From contig MU053800.1 in the NCBI GenBank assembly GCA_013239625.1, positions 1 to 38,068 of the forward strand: DNA of 38,068 nucleotides, read 5' to 3'. How positions within the stretch are numbered: position 1 is the first letter of the stretch; every line of letters begins with the position of its first letter. This document shows positions 35,151 through 38,068 of this stretch, piece by piece. Both the position numbers and the translations under genes were made by a program. Source of the DNA: Lama guanicoe. Lineage: Eukaryota. Below the pieces are notes generated by a model. The model had not been told where the DNA came from and did not search any database. It worked only from the letters and a program-made list of their open reading frames with translations.

Positions 35151-36441
35151 AAACCAAAAAGAAAGAGTTGTTGGTTCCATGAAATCTAAATTAAATGCTT
35201 TTGGAAATATTCAAAAAAAGCAAGTTACTTAAAAAAAAAAAACTTGAATTCCCAAAAAGCTATGGAGAAAAACCATATTGCTTTGTATTATCATTAAGTT
35301 CCTTTTCCACTTGAAAGAAACCCAAACTAGAAATTGGGGATGGTGTATTATGTGTATGGTTTGTGAAAAAAGATGAAATCAAATTCCAATCCAAAAACTA
35401 TATTCAAATAAAAGGCCTTGCCTTTAGATCAAAAAGATTAGCAAATATATGACATTTCAGTGTTTTCCCTAACTTTAAAATGGAATGTATAAAGAATACA
35501 TTTTTTTATAAATTCCTGTTTTAATTAATATTTTTATTCACCAACTAAAACAGCGTTGACAGTCTTGAACTGAGGGCCTGTGCCATGGTTCCGTGTGATG
35601 TTATGTTTCCCAACTTTCTCTCTCAGGCCTACAATCGCCCTTTCTTATCTCATTTTGTTAAATAAGCTCATTTTACTGAACATCTGTTAAGAGGCCTGGT
35701 AGTGTGATGAAATTATGACATTTCCCTCTGTTTCCTGGATTGTATTTCTTCTAGGTGGGGCCTTTGTCTTTTCAATATTTTCTTCCTTTCACTTTTATTT
35801 TTGGCAGGAAGGGTCTATTGTTGTCATTCAGTTTCCTTTCATCTTGCTCAGGAAAGTAAAACTGGGGACTTTTAGGGAGGAAGGGGAGAAGCATAAACCA
35901 AATAGAATGAAAATAGATTTACTTTAAAATCAAATTAGTAAAAAGAGTAGGAAAGAGATTTGTCCACATTCAAATATCTCATTTCACTTATTTCTGCTTA
36001 AGAGTCAGGCAGCTGTTTCCTTTACTCATTTAAAAAAAAAAAAAAGGAACACAGTTTGCTTCATTCTGGATTTGGAGATATTAAATGAGAGTTGTCACAA
36101 TTTTATCTGTGGTGAATCTTCTGTTTCTTTCCTTGCTTTTTTTCCTTCATTAATTGCTATTGGTGATGTGTTCCTTTGTAGTTGATGATTTTATTTCTCT
36201 AATGTTTTGTACATTTTGTTAACTACTGGAAGAAGGGAATTCTGTGATGCATCTGTATTTGGTCACATTCCCTTGGAAGTTCCAAAGTACGGTAAGGCCT
36301 CTACAGCAAGGCCAGCAGATCTGGAGTCTAGAAGGAAGAGGTGGGTTGGAGGCCTTCCTAGTCTACACTATAAATTTTGGATTTCATCTTAAGAGTGATG
36401 GGAATGCCTTTTACAATTTTTTTAAAAGCAGGTTACTGAGA

Positions 36442-37054
36442 GAATATATCTTTTGGGATTTCCGGTCAGGATGGTGGAGTAGTAGGACCACGGGCTCAGA
36501 TCTCTCACCACCACAACAAAACCACAACTGACTGCTAAACAACCATTGAGGAAAATAAGACTGGAACCTACAAGGAAGATCTTCAACTGGACACACAAAG
36601 AGGGAGCCACAGCAGGACGGCAGGAGGGGCGTGTTCGAGATATAATCGGGCCTCATACCCGCTGGGGGCAACCCACACGCTGAAGAAAAATTACATTGCA
36701 GAGGCCCTCCCTCAGGAGCGAGAGTTCTGGGCCCCAAGTCAGGCTCCCCAGCCCAGGATGGCACTGGGAGGAGGGGACCACAAGGACATCTGGAGAACAC
36801 AGAGGAAATTATCTACAAAACAGAAAGACTCACATAGAAAACAAACTTACAGTTACCAGAGGGGGAAGAGGGTATGAAGGGATAAACTGGGAATTCGAAA
36901 ATTGCACCTCTTGGGGAGTGATGGAAATGTCAGCTGTCTTGATTGTGGTGGTGGTTTCATGGGCGTATACATCTATCACAATTCATCCAGTGAACGCCTG
37001 AAATATGTGTAGTTTACTGTACAGGAGTCATACCACAAAAAAGGTGTTTAAAAA
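36442..37054 (+). mobile_element. Composite L1: 5'UTR + young 3'UTR piece + older L1M 3' end
   Basis: ttccggtcaggatggtggagtag (L1 5' start-like) to about 36795. Young 3'UTR (acaaaacagaaagactcacatagaaaacaaactt...gggataaactgggaattcgaaaattgca) at about 36800-36906. L1M-type end (gatggaaatgt...cttgattgtggtggtggtt) to a poly-A. 18-bp TSD with 1 mismatch. Confidence 0.75.
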
Positions 37055-37906
37055 AAAAGCAGGTGACTGAGATGACCAGATTTCTCTGTTCTCAAGAACC
37101 TCCCAGCAGCTGCGTGGAGGAGAAAGAACTGGAATGAGCCGTAGACACTGGGAAGTGAGTCAGGCAGCTCCCGCCCTGGTCCAAGTGAGAGATGCTGGTG
37201 GCTTCCAGCCCAGCACTGTAACTGACATCCATAATGATCCTGAGTAGTTATAAAAAAGCTTAACTGTAGTTGGTATATCCTGTTTAAGACTGGAGGAAAA
37301 TGTGTGATAGATTTTAACAAGATTTTTGTAGAGATTCCTATAGCGGAAGAAAATTACACTCAGCTATTTGGAAAATAAGTACCAGAATGACGCAGTGCCT
37401 AAAGAGGTGTATTTCTGAAGCAGCTATTTTCAATTAAAATCCAGAGATTAATCCACACAAGGCCTAGTGTTTTCATTTACACATGGAGTATGCCAAAACA
37501 ACAACAAAAATTACAATATAAAACACTGCTCCCTAAAAACATTGAAGAGAACAGATTTCAAGCAGGCCAGCTTTTGACACCTATTAAGTGAATCTCTCCC
37601 AAACATTTGCTTGGAATCAACACGTTTTGCACACAGTGACCTTCACACAAGCGTAGGTCTCCTATTTCTGCCACTCAAAATGTGGATTTTGAGAGACTGA
37701 AGCAATATTGTTTTACCTATGGGATGTTTGGGTTTTAATCAAGAGGTTTTGCAATGACAGCTTATAATGCGGCAGCTGGCATTACCGAAAAAGCCATATG
37801 GAACTATCATTGTGCTGCTGTAAATGCTATCAGCTAACTGGTTCATTTTCAAAGCTCTCATTAAAGTGAGTTTGATCACAGAGGCCTCAAGAAAATAAAC
37901 ACAGGG

Positions 37907-37932
37907 TTTTTTTTTTTTTTTTTTTTTTTTTT
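37907..37932. repeat. Poly-T tract
   Basis: About 26 consecutive T. Confidence 0.95.
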
Positions 37933-38068
37933 GGGCGGGGGTGGCAGGCGGGATGGCAGCAACCTGACAATAAAAATAGATTCTGCTTTTAAATTAAATC
38001 AGAAAAATAATACACAAAGAGAGATATTCACAATGAAAAATCTATAGTGTGCCTTCCAGTGAATGCAA

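Larger units (their letters stand above)
31754..38068 (-). other. PRIM2: Last intron of PRIM2 (upstream exon outside the window)
   Basis: No match seen to the expected preceding exon ([23 protein letters not shown]-like) up to the window end. Confidence 0.8.

Noticed and set aside
1..38068. CRISPR arrays, operons, rRNA or prokaryotic defence systems
   Set aside because: The sequence is mammalian. No regularly spaced repeats or dense coding; recurring sequences are dispersed SINE/L1 copies.

Overview
Mammalian genomic DNA, very probably camelid (alpaca/camel), judged from abundant tRNA-Ala-derived Vic-1-type SINEs and young L1 3' ends. It is a draft assembly with two N gaps. The only recognisable protein-coding sequence is the terminal exon of PRIM2 (DNA primase large subunit p58) on the minus strand at 31532-31753, followed by a 3' UTR and AATAAA at about 31174. 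Positions 31754-38068 are the last PRIM2 intron. Positions 1 to about 31150 are downstream intergenic DNA rich in L1, L2, MIR, SINE, LTR and hAT relics. I see no new biological system. The most notable observations are: (1) an apparent 1-bp frameshift in the last codons of PRIM2; (2) a tripartite chimeric L1 inside an 18-bp TSD; (3) a nested MER58 > L1 > captured older DNA structure; (4) a CpG-rich island on an L2 relic; (5) two SINE copies sharing a B-box deletion. Repeat family names and the human PRIM2 comparison come from recalled sequences, not database searches. Boundaries without a TSD are approximate.
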